64,000 bases of DNA from Lytechinus pictus (lineage: Eukaryota), in the NCBI RefSeq assembly GCF_037042905.1, contig NC_087245.1, forward strand, positions 10,666,001 through 10,730,000, written 5' to 3'. Positions within the stretch are counted from its first letter, which is position 1. Every line of letters begins with the position of its first letter. Shown here in pieces: positions 38,316 to 50,200 of this stretch. A model generated the notes under the pieces. The model did no database searches, was not told the DNA's origin, and saw nothing but the letters and a program-made list of their open reading frames with translations. The translations under genes were made by a program, and so were the position numbers.

Positions 38316-41302
38316 ATATCCTCAACAACATTACACTCCAATACCAAATGAGTGATATTCTACTATTTATCCCAGACCTCGACAATATTACACTCCAATA
38401 CCAAATGAGTGATAGTCGACTATTTATCCGAGACCTCGACAACATTACTCTCCAATACCAAATGAGTGATATTCGACTATTTATCCCAGACCTCAACAAC
38501 ATTACACTCCAATACCAAATTAGTGATATTCGACTATTTATCCCAGAGTTCAACAACATTACACTCCAATACCAAATGAGTGATATTCGACTATTTATCC
38601 CAGACTCCAACAACATTACACTCCAATACCAAATGAGTGATATTCGACTATTTATCCCAAACCTCAACAACATTACACTCCAATACTAAATGAGTGATAT
38701 TCGACTATTCATCCAAGACCTCAACAACATTACACTCCAATACCAAATGAGTGATAGTCGACTATTTATCCCAGACTTCAACAACATTACACTCCAATAC
38801 CAAATGAGTGATATTCGACTATTTATCCCAGACTTCAACAACATTACACTCCAATACCAAATGAGTGATATTCGACTATTTATCCGAGACCTCGACAATA
38901 TTACACTCCAATACCAAATGAGTGATATTCGACTATTTATCCAAGACCTCAACAACATTACACTCCAATACCAAATGAGTGATATTCGACTATTTATCCC
39001 AGACTTCAACAACATTACACTCCAATACCAAATGAGTGATATTCGACTAATTATCCCAGACTTCAACAACATTACACTCCAATACCAAATGAGTGATATT
39101 CGACTATTTATCCGAGACCTCGACAATATTACACTCCAATACCAAATGAGTGATATTCGACTATTTATCCAAGACCTCAACAACATTACACTCCAATACC
39201 AAATGAGTGATATTCGACTATTTATCCAAACCCTCAACAACATGACACTCCAATACCAAATGAGCGATATTCGACTATTTATCCAAGACCTCAACAACAT
39301 TACACTCCAATACCAAATGAGTGATATTCGACTATTTATCACAGACTTCAACAACATTACACTCCAATACCAAATGAGTGATATTCGACTATTTATCCGA
39401 GACCTCAACAACATTACACTCCAATACCAAATGAGTGATATTCGACTATTTATCCCAGACCTCAACAACATTACACTCCAATACCAAATGAGTGATAGTC
39501 GACTAATTATCCAAACCCTCAACAACATTACACTCCAATACCAAATGAGTGATATTTGACTATTTATCCCAGACTTCAACAACATTACACTCCAATACCA
39601 AATGAGTGATATTTGACTATTTATCCCAGACTTCAACAATATTACACTCCTCCAATACCAAATGAGTGATATTCGACTAATTATCCAAACCCTCAACAAC
39701 ATTACACTCCAATACCAAATGAGTGATATTTGACTATTTATCCCAGACTTCAACAACATTACACTCCAATACCAAATGAGTGATATTTGACTATTTATCC
39801 CAGACTTCAACAATATTACACTCCAATACCAAATGAGTGATATTTGACTATTTATCCCAGACTTCAACAACTTTACACTCCAATACCAAATGAGTGATAT
39901 TCGACTAATTATCCAAACCCTCAACAACATTACACTCCAATACCAAATGAGTGATATTTGACTACATGTATTTATCCCAGACTTCAACAACATTACACTC
40001 CAATACCAAATGAGTGATATTTGACTATTTATCCCAGACTTCAACAACATTACACTCCAATACCAAATGAGTGATATTTGACTATTTATCCCAGACCTCA
40101 ACAACATTACACTCCAATACCAAATGAGTGATATTCGACTAATTATCCAAACCCTCAACAACATTACACTCCAATACCAAATGAGTGATATTTGACTATT
40201 TATCCCAGACTTCAACAACATTACACTCCAATACCAAATGAGTGATATTCGACTATTTATCCAAGACCTCAAAAACATTACACTCCAATACCAAATGAGT
40301 GATATTTGACTATTTATCCCAGACCTCAACAACATTACACTCCAATACCAAATGAGTGATATTGACTATTTATCCCAGATTTCAACAACATTACACTCCA
40401 ATACCAAATGAGTGATATTTGACTATTTATCCCAGACTTCAACAACTTTACACTCCAATACCAAATGAGTGATATTCGACTAATTATCCAAACCCTCAAC
40501 AACATTACACTCCAATACCAAATGAGTGATATTTGACTACATGTATTTATCCAAACCCTCAACAACATTACACTCCAATACCAAATGAGTGATATTTGAC
40601 TATTTATCCCAGACCTCAACAACATTACACTCCAATACCAAATGAGTGATATTCGACTAATTATCCAAACCCTCAACAACATTACACTCCAATACCAAAT
40701 GAGTGATATTTGACTATTTATCCCAGACTTCAACAACATTACACTCCAATACCAAATGAGTGATATTCGACTATTTATCCAAGACCTCAAAAACATTACA
40801 CTCCAATACCAAATGAGTGATATTTGACTATTTATCCCAGACCTCAACAACATTACACTCCAATAACAAATGAGTGATATTCGACTATTTATCCCAGATT
40901 TCAACAACATTACACTCCAATACCAAATGAGTGATATTTGACTATTTATCCCAGACTTCAACAACATTACACTCCAATACCAAATGAGTGATATTCGACT
41001 ATTTATCCAAGACCTCAAAAACATTACACTCCAATACCAAATGAGTGATATTTGACTATTTATCCCAGACCTCAACAACATTACACTCCAATACCAAATG
41101 AGTGATATTCGACTATTTATCCCAGATTTCAACAACATTACACTCCAATACCAAATGAGTGATATTTGACTATTTATCCCAGACCTCAACAACATTACAC
41201 TCCAATACCAAATGAGTGATATTTGAAAATTTATCCCAGACCTCTACAACATTACACTCCAATACCAAATGAGTGATATTCGACTATTTATCCCAGACCT
41301 CA
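38316..41302. repeat. 57-bp minisatellite, about 52 copies
   Basis: Unit ctcaacaacattacactccaataccaaatgagtgatattcgactatttatcccagac, highly homogeneous, with no spacers. Confidence 0.97.
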
Positions 41303-44006
41303 ATTGCCCCGACCACTATTTTACTCATATCGTTTGACACGACAGAGATGCAAAAGATAATGTATTTTCCAAATAGTTTTGTTGGAGATTAAGTGGTCGT
41401 CAGATCTTATATGTGGGAAATTCCTTGTTTGTTATTTCCCTTAACTAATGGTTTGCGTGTCATAACAGTTTCGTGGGTTTTCTGACAAAAAAAAATCTTC
41501 TTCGTACTAACCAAGCTATCAATATTACATTTGAAATATTCCTTTCTATTATTAATTTGATATCAAAGACGACAAATTGTCTAGTTAAAATTAATTATGA
41601 ATTTGCATTGAAGTCGACGTACGTCATCTCGATGATGGTGGGTACTCCACCTTTGAACTTTTAGGAGTGGGCGGCGTTATGGGGCATATAGTAGTCCAGC
41701 AGTTTTACCTTTCCTATAATACCAATAAGAGCAAATGAGGAAGTAGTAGATTATAAAGAAAAAAAAGGAAAGGAAGAAGAAGAAGAAATTAAAAAAAAAA
41801 CTTAAACCAAAACATTTATTTAAGAGTCTGGCAATGAGGGTGTATTATTTATTTCATTTTTTTGGGTGGGGTCGCTAGGCACCCTCTGTCCCTGTTAACG
41901 AGGGGAACAAGTGAAATTACCGGAGAATTAGCGAAAAGGAAGTCTTTAAAGATATATTCGATCTTTTTAAAATGGTGCAGAATTTAAAGGCACAATCGTT
42001 AAGCACCGTTTTTGTTTTCCCATATCCTGACAGTTAGAGCAAATCAAATCGCTTTCTGGTGGTTTATGTTTACGACTTCTTAGTGTGTCAATAAAATACT
42101 ATGTTTTGAATCGATGGCGTGTAACCAATGGTATATCCCCCTCCAAGAGCATGGCCAGGGCAACGATTTTTCACATTTTTGCTCTTAAAATAATGACGCT
42201 CAACAATAGAGATTTGCGGGAGAAACTTCAAATAGTTGTGTAGAAAGGAGACAATGACAACATTCATTCCATACAAGCATATTAGCTATATTCCGATTTA
42301 AATGTGTTTTATAAAGTTCATAAATGAGCACGTGAGGCCATAATCTAAGTTTCAGAAACAGTTTTTAGGATGTTTCAATTCTTTTGACACCGCTAGAACA
42401 ACTGACGCCGAACATTACCTTTGTACATCGCTGAAGCGCTTCGCACAGTATCTATGAAAAAATTACTCTAATTGCTGATTACTCTCCAGATTAGCAAAAG
42501 ACTTATCAGCATTTTAGTTTTGAATTTGTTTAGCCACTAACTAGTACCAGACTGTAAAAAGACTATAGTTTTATGATGAATATTGGTCCTGAGTTTTAAT
42601 AGGAACGCTGCATATTTTCTTTCACATAGAAATATAAATAAAATCAATATGTAAATATATGAATTTTAGCTAATGTGAAACATTCCATCCATTGCATATG
42701 AGGTTACAATATGAATATTCGGAAAGAATATTTTGATAATATCAAGTGTATACCAACTTAACTTAATATGCATTCTCTATCTCGGACTTGTCAAATCCAA
42801 AATCTATCATCTTTACAGAGCGCCATCTGTAGCTATGGACACATATTTATTATGCTGTACCTTTATTGTGAATACATGCATATAGGATATAAACACGAAA
42901 AAGTCACACCATCATTTCCTCAATACCTTAGTTGTTTAACGAATACCTTATTTGTTAGATGATTTTGGTTAAAACAAAACTACCGCAGTGTTCTAAACTC
43001 ATTTACCAACTTTTCATTGATCATTCAAGGCGCCCGTGAGTGATATGTATTGAAAACCAATGGCCACTTTTCAATAGCAAAAAAAAAGTTTACTTCTTCT
43101 GCCCAAATAATAGCTAATACACCTAGTAAAGATACTCCTTGCTGAGAATGTATCGTTTTATTTTCCCCTAAAAACCTTATTGGATTTTAAAGTTTCAAAA
43201 TTATGAAAAGATTAAAAATCCTTATTAGGCTTGCTGACCTCTGTTTTTGTTATTGTCATGAGTAGAGTAAGGGTCGTAGGATACATGATTAATATCAATG
43301 GCGTTTAATCATAAACCACAAGTATAATTCATCTAACATGTTGAAATTCTGGATCAAATCTCTAAACCTAAAATGTCAAATTAACCTTTTGACTTTTGAA
43401 AAGTAATTGTGCATTAAATGTGTGATTGCTCATTCATTATTTGACTGATAAACATAATTGTCACACAAAACTGTTATTTCATAAGTTTAGCAACACATTT
43501 GATCTTCAAAATTATGCATCTAGTACCAATTTCGTAGAATAAAATGTATATATATATATATTTGTGAAGACGAAAACATAGATTATTTTGTTAAATGGTT
43601 TATAACATTATACAAATACATATTACTGAATATTATACATTAGAATATTAAATCGATTATTCGACGAGCTACAACTTGGTGTTATTTGTCAGAACACATA
43701 TTCTTGTGGCGTTTGGCCAACTTGGTTGTAATATGTCGCAATATCGCATATTCTACTTTGATGTTGGTAGAATGAAATGATATAATGAATATATCATGAC
43801 TAACAGGATTTTGAAGTTTTAATTACCAAACTGTATAAGTACAAGAAAAATTGCGTACGAATTTAGTATTGTGTACTTTTTGCATTGTTAAATAACACCC
43901 AACGCTCTTCATTCGAAACGTTCCCTCTTTAATGATTTTCACCGCCATCAAGGAAAGGGGACGAGCCGTATTTACTGGCCAGCAGCCAATCATGTCAAGA
44001 TTCCTG

Positions 44007-44175
44007 GTGGGTGTTTCATAAGCTGTTCGTAAAGTTACGCACAACTTTACGTATGACTGGAATATGTTCTTAGGTCATAAATCAATTACACAGGGATATC
44101 ACATAGCACAAGAAAGGATCACCAGTCGTGCGTAAAGTCATTCGTTTCTTACAAACAACTTTATGAAACACCTAC
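44007..44175. mobile_element. Harbinger-type MITE
   Basis: TIRs gtgggtgtttcataa / ttatgaaacacctac with a CTG TSD. Confidence 0.8.
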
Positions 44176-44344
44176 CTGCTGCTGGTAGGATACGAGGCAG
44201 GGTTGCTAAATATCTCGTCATAGAGCTCAAGATACATTCACCCGATGAACTTTACACCACCACTTCTAATTCAATTCACAACTGCCCCAGCGTTTCAGGT
44301 AGGGAGAACCAACAGATGACAGCAAGCTAAGTAACCTAAAAACA

Positions 44345-44492
44345 TCGTACCCATTTACTACACCTGGTTGGAGAGTGGCAAATGTAGATAAACGCCTTGC
44401 CAAAAGACGCGAGTGCTGCGGTGGGGCTTGAACCCCGGACCTTGTGGTTAAAAGTCCGGATACTTATCCACTGAGCCACAACACCTCTACAG
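44345..44492 (-). mobile_element. 3'-truncated tRNA-derived SINE
   Basis: Reverse strand has A box tggctcagtgg, B box ggttcaagcc, then ttttggcaaggcgtttatctacatttgccactctccaaccaggtg, similar to the SINE at 34617. Confidence 0.8.
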
Positions 44493-45489
44493 GAGACCAC
44501 ATTGTGAAAGAACCACTTGACACAGGTTCTATTCTGCTTGTTTCGGGAAAATATAATAAAAATCAACACTCATCCTTTTAATTCTCTTTCCCTGCACTAA
44601 TGTAAATACTACTGGAGTGAAAACATAATGATAATTGAAAATCTGCAATTTGAGTAGCGATGTAACGTAACACACAGAACGTCAAGTTAATAACTTTACT
44701 TACATACCCCAAAATGATTTCCGTCAATTGTTTGAAAGCGAAGGCCATTGAAAGCATCGTGTAAGTTTGTGTAGAGATTTCTTTCGAATCTTATCTTTTT
44801 TAATTATCGTTTAAAAACCAACGCATCGACATCCGATGTACGTGGTTTTGAAGCTACTTAATATGTTCAAACGTTAATAATCATAATGCGGAAAATTCTA
44901 TAGATATATTTTGTTTTTAGTAAGAACTCATATTATGACAATCTTCCATTTTTCTTTTCTAAAAATCAATAAATAATCAATTTTCATGATCGCAGAAGTG
45001 TGTTGACAATTTTCATAGGAAATATAATTAAGGTGATATGGTGCTAAAAAGAGAATTTCATTTAGAAATTATCAACACAAACTATGCGTAGTAAATTAAT
45101 ATTGATGCAGATATTTTAGTTTCATTTATTTGAAGACCTACACATAATAATTACACATTATGTAAGGTTTACCGAGAGTACATTTAGTCTTACGAAATTT
45201 TGATACCGTATTTAGGCTTAAATCATGGCAGCATTCTTGCCACTACTACTCATTATCTTCACAGCTATATTAAGATAGCAGGGGATTAAGAATAAAGTCA
45301 TGATTTTCAAAATGTAACGTTAGTACATGTATAATAGAGAAACTGAGGTGTAGCAACGGGCACACATTATATAAATAAGTGAATGGAATGAATATAAATT
45401 TTTACTTTAGTCTGTTGTAGCATCCGGACCACATGTTCTTATTCATTTAAGGTCTTAGCTTATATATATATATATATATATATATACAG

Positions 45490-45534
<45 letters not shown>

Positions 45535-45535
<1 letters not shown>

Positions 45536-47096
45536 ACAAAATACAAGGTGAATAAAACAACCGTAGAGAGAAAAGTTGATCAAATTTTCGCCCATAGGGC
45601 TTCATCAGGAAATGATGAATTTATTAGTCAAGAGCACCAAGAAACGCAGTGCTCAAAACGCAAGGCGTAAAAAACAACAGGCTAAAAGATAAAACGTGAA
45701 GCGCAACAGTACAAATAAAAAGAGAGAAAGAGAAAGAGAAAAACAGAAAACAGAAAGAAAGGGGAAAAAAGAAAGAAGAACAGAAGAAGAAGAAGAAGAA
45801 AAAGCCGGGGAGACAAAAGGAAGAGAGAAAAGGGAAAAGGAAAACGACTAGAGGAAAAAAGAGAGATGGAGAGAAGGGGGCAGAAATAGAGGACACCTGG
45901 GGAGAAAGAAGTAAAAGAAAAAAAAAGAAGAAAAAGAATTAAAAAAAGAAAAAGAAAGAAAAAGAAAGGGACCAAAGGGTACCTGGCATATCCAAGGCTC
46001 TTTCACATGGGTCACCAAGGATTGCATATATTCAGAGACTCCAACTCTCCCGCTTTCGGCGGGAGATCTCCCGCCGAAAGTCTATTTTCGCAAAATATCC
46101 CGTTCTCCCGCTTGAGATTTAATATCTCCCGCCCAAGCACTTTGTCTCCCGCTTAAGATGTATTTCCTCCCGCTTAAAATGATCTATCACAAAAATGTAT
46201 GGGTTTGTAAATGCTTATCAATTTCATATGGCAAGTGCATGAACAGTGCAGTGATATATAAAAAATCAGTTGTATTAAGCCAAAATAAATGATTTGATTC
46301 ATTGATTGTTATTCACTTAGTGCCATCATAATAATAATAAAATAGCCTAGAATAGCACGAGAGAGCATTTAGAACCCTACAGCTTCTAGAACCCTACAGC
46401 ATCTGTTAGTACCCCGGCCACAAGGCCTGACTTCGCGCTTTGCGTTCTTGGTGTGCGCGAAGCGCACGTCAAGTTGGAGTCTCCAGTTTGCGAGGGGATC
46501 TAGGCGGGAGAATCTCCAGATCAGACGGTGCTTTGGGTTGGAGTCTCTGTATATTGCATCTACTGCTCCAAGTGCAAGGCGATCTACATCGGAGAAACGA
46601 AGAGGAGGCTTGCTGACAGAGTGACGGAACATCTTCGCTCCATCATGATCAAGTCAGCAGGGTTGCCGGTAGCTCACCATTTTACCCAACCGGACCATAA
46701 CATCGGGTACTTCAAGTTGTGCGTTCTTCTGACTGGTTTTCGTTCAGATGGGGCAAGGAAAGAGAAGGAGGAACGCATCATTCACTCTCTCGGCTCTCTC
46801 TAACCTGATGGAATGAATGTGTCTTTCCACTCCTTTCCCGTGTTTTGATTTCTTTCTCCCCCCTCTCTCTTTCTCTCTCTCTCTTTTCTTTTGTACTGTT
46901 ACGCTTCGCGTTTTATCTTTTAGCGCGTTGTTTTTTACGCACTGCGTTTCGTGGTGCTCTTGACTAATAAATTCATCATTTCCTGATGAAGCCCTATGGG
47001 CGAAAATTTGATCAATTTTTCTCTCAACGGTTGTTTTATTCACCTTGTATTTTGCTTTATACTACCACAACCGAAGCAGGACCTTCATTTTTATTG

Positions 47097-47098
<2 letters not shown>
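45535..47098 (+). mobile_element. Neptune-like Penelope element 3' fragment with inverted pseudo-LTR, between (TA)n tracts
   Basis: GIY-YIG with CxxC: GSFTWVTKDCIY|CIYCSKCKAIYIGETKRRLADRVTEH..VAHHF..LGSL*PDGMN. Inverted arms at about 45535-45740 and 46865-47055. HHR core CTGATGA a gccc tat gggc GAAA at 46983 (+) and about 45580-45610 (-). Confidence 0.9.
46033..46549. mobile_element. hAT-like MITE with a 6-bp TSD inside the Penelope GIY-YIG
   Basis: TIRs cagagactccaac / gttggagtctctg, TSD tatatt, subterminal ctcccgc repeats. Removing it restores the host reading frame. Confidence 0.85.
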
Positions 47099-47132
<34 letters not shown>

Positions 47133-47181
47133 AGAAACAAGGTTGAAACTTTCATGCTTTAATCCAACAAAATTTATTTTG

Positions 47182-47224
47182 TCCACACATTTTCGACGAG
47201 TACATACCGTCTTTATCAAGTGAA
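47182..47224 (-). ncRNA. Degenerate hammerhead-like motif (further Penelope-type 3' end next to (TA)n)
   Basis: Reverse strand reads ttcac TTGATAA a gacg gtatgtact cgtc GAAA atgt gtgga, followed by aataaa. Confidence 0.5.
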
Positions 47225-50200
47225 TGACAAAAGTACCGCGTTTCTATGTACAATTGCTTTGTGTATCTAGGCGTATTGTCATGGAGAAGCATTAGGCTCA
47301 AAAGCATAGATCATAATAAATAATAAAACGTCATTTCGACATCACAATATATAATGTTAAGCAAAATAGGCGAAGCGTATCCAAATATGTGTGTTTCTTT
47401 TTTTTTAATGATAACTTACATTTACCTCAAATTCGAACATCAACCAAATGTGAACTCCATGTCTTTGTCTATCACCAGCGGAATGAATGGAAAGTGAAGA
47501 GCGCCACCAATCGATGGAACCGTAAATCCACCTACGTTCCCCAAAACTCACATTATGACTCCGAACAATCCACGTAAATCATACACACAAAATGTTTATG
47601 GTGGAAAACGAGGACATGTTTTCCTTGTCAGTATTTACTACATAATCGAAGACTTTTGTGTCAGGAGGTCAACTGGAGACCGTAATTTACCATACGACCG
47701 AAGACTCCTACGTTATTATAAACGGAGGACTTCTAACATTACTGTACCCAATAATGATTTGGACAATTTGCAATGGTCCGCAAAGCGAAGATGAGGTTCG
47801 CTGTATGTGTATCCTCGGTTTAAATTTGATTTTTTTTTGTAAGCGTCCTCGATTGCTAGTATGAGTAAGGGCACCACCGCTCACACACCCAAAATAATTC
47901 CATACATTCCAAATGCGGACAATCCTTGTATGACCACGACCTTGATTAGGATGCATGCCATCCAAAATAGTTGTTTTCAACGTAAATAAGTTTGAGCATC
48001 TTGACAAAATTATGGGGCCTTTAGTAGGTAATCCGATTCTAACTGATTTATAGTCTTCGGAAATAGATGAAATATCTTGGTGAACTATTATTTGATTATT
48101 TACGTTTGTATTGTAATCTTCCATAATTTTGCAACGTAATTAGTTGTTGATATAAACCAGAACATGATAATTGGATATCAAATTCGGGCATTTAGAGAGG
48201 TATGATATGGTTTTTTTTTTTTTTATATATCGTGGATAAATTGTTCTTTATCCAGTTTTTACGTACTGAAAGAAACAAGTAAAATAGCATCAATATTTTA
48301 CCAGAAAATAACTGATAACCCAGTTCTACTTCACTGATTAAAAACATGTCCCCATCTTTGATCCACGCCTGCTAATATGCTCCTTTGAATGACCCTGCTT
48401 AGGTGATTTCGATTATGTGAAAAAAAGAAAAAATATCATAAACCAATTCCATTTGGAAGTAATTTTCACCAGGCCTCAGATCTTATTACCGTTGTCTGAA
48501 AACTTTCTCGTTGGCAATCAAGTGAAAGAGATGAAGTGGGAACCTAAAGTGAATATGGCAAAGTCTTGTTAATTCTAAAATGAAATGAACTGATGGTCAA
48601 GGCATAGGCGACAATGTATTGATCGACTTCACCTTCATTTTACGAGATTTGAAATGATTTGTTCGCTCCATTGCATAAACGCACTGACCGCATGAATCGT
48701 GTGAGAGAGCCATACACTCGCGTTTCAGGCACAAATTAGATCTTTTCATATCTTATAAAACAAATTACAAAACCAACCATGAAAAGGGGTATCTCCCTTT
48801 TCTTCTCCATCTTTTGAAGAACATGGTGAAATTCACCCCAGACTTCTCACAGGAGAGATGTCGAAAGATTCGATGTCCTGTCGTAATTGATTTTGGTTGG
48901 CTATTTATATACATTAGAAATGCATCCCAAACTGTTCTGCTCATCCTTATTATTATCATTATTATTATCATTATTATTATTTTTTTTTTTGGGGGGGGGG
49001 CTGCATCCTGGATTGGAAAACATCCAGCAAAAAAAAAATTGATAAGTATTCTTTAAATGCACATCTCATCAACTTTTCAAATACAACTGAATTATATTAT
49101 TTTATACTTGTATGTAAATAAGTTTAAGAATATCTAAAAGAGCACACACTGCTGAGAAAGGTTAGTTGGTATCAAATATTAGTATGGTCGCCACCCAACG
49201 CAATCTTTAAAAGGGAAGTTTACTCTCGACACCCTGATGATAACTTGATTTTAACTTGTTTAATGAAAACAGAGATAATGATTTTTTTTAATCTGTGACG
49301 TCACAGACAAGCAGCTCTTCCATACTGTATGTGGTGGGATATGAATTCCTCAAGTGCCACTTTCTTTAAAAAAAAATAAAGTGAAGATATTTTGGCCTTG
49401 CTCCAGCATTTTCTAAATATGATAAAAATTAAAAGGCAAGTTGAAAAAGTTATGTTTTTCTCTTAATAAAAATACTGTAATGTTTTATTTTTAAAACGTA
49501 TATCACTCGCTGATAAGAATTGTGGAACAAAGAAAGAAATATTCAGTACATTCTAGCTTAAGACATGAATAGCTCCTCAAAGGAATATGGGATCGTGTCC
49601 CACAATTTAAGGGCAGCATATTAAAGAAAGTGACATCTCCCCCATGGAACTTGGTCTGAACGACAGGTCAATTAAAGAAGTGACTTTGAGATGGTCTTAG
49701 ATTGCGTGAAGGTATGTCATTGTATCTCACCAGCTTAATTTGGGGGTTGCAAACTGGCTGCAATTGATCTTAGCTTGTCAGAAAAGAGTGAAATTAATGT
49801 TTTCTTTGTCACATGGAAGGCATGCACTAAACTTTGCACACTTTCTTTATTTAAAAAATATTTTAATTGCTTTATATTGGTAGATCACACGAAAAAAGGA
49901 GGATACATAGAACATCCGTCCCATTATTACACTATGCAGTCTTGCATGAACGTTATTACTTTATTTACTAACTGTCACTGAAAATAGTTTTAAGTTAAAT
50001 GATTACTAAGCAAATATTATGACTATTCAAATTCCCAGTACATCGATTTACTTTTACTCAGCCCTTAAAGAGATTCAATCTGATTTTATTTCTTTGCAAG
50101 GATAGGTTAGGAACAACGAGTAGAAACCCTTTCGTTTACGCTCTTTCAATCTCTTTAGGAGCAACTATTTACAAAAAAAAGAAGAAACAACAATATGTTT

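Noticed and set aside
38314..41195. Long repetitive ORFs (up to 549 aa) on both strands, and a CRISPR-like appearance
   Set aside because: They are a by-product of a 57-bp (3n) unit. The + frame has stops, there is a 1-bp deletion near 40362, and there are no unique spacers or cas genes.
45624..45975. Phe-rich hydrophobic ORFs
   Set aside because: They come from a low-complexity purine/pyrimidine tract in the Penelope 3' region.
47389..48124. Overlapping short ORFs, possibly a decayed retroelement
   Set aside because: No recognisable motif could be confirmed by eye.
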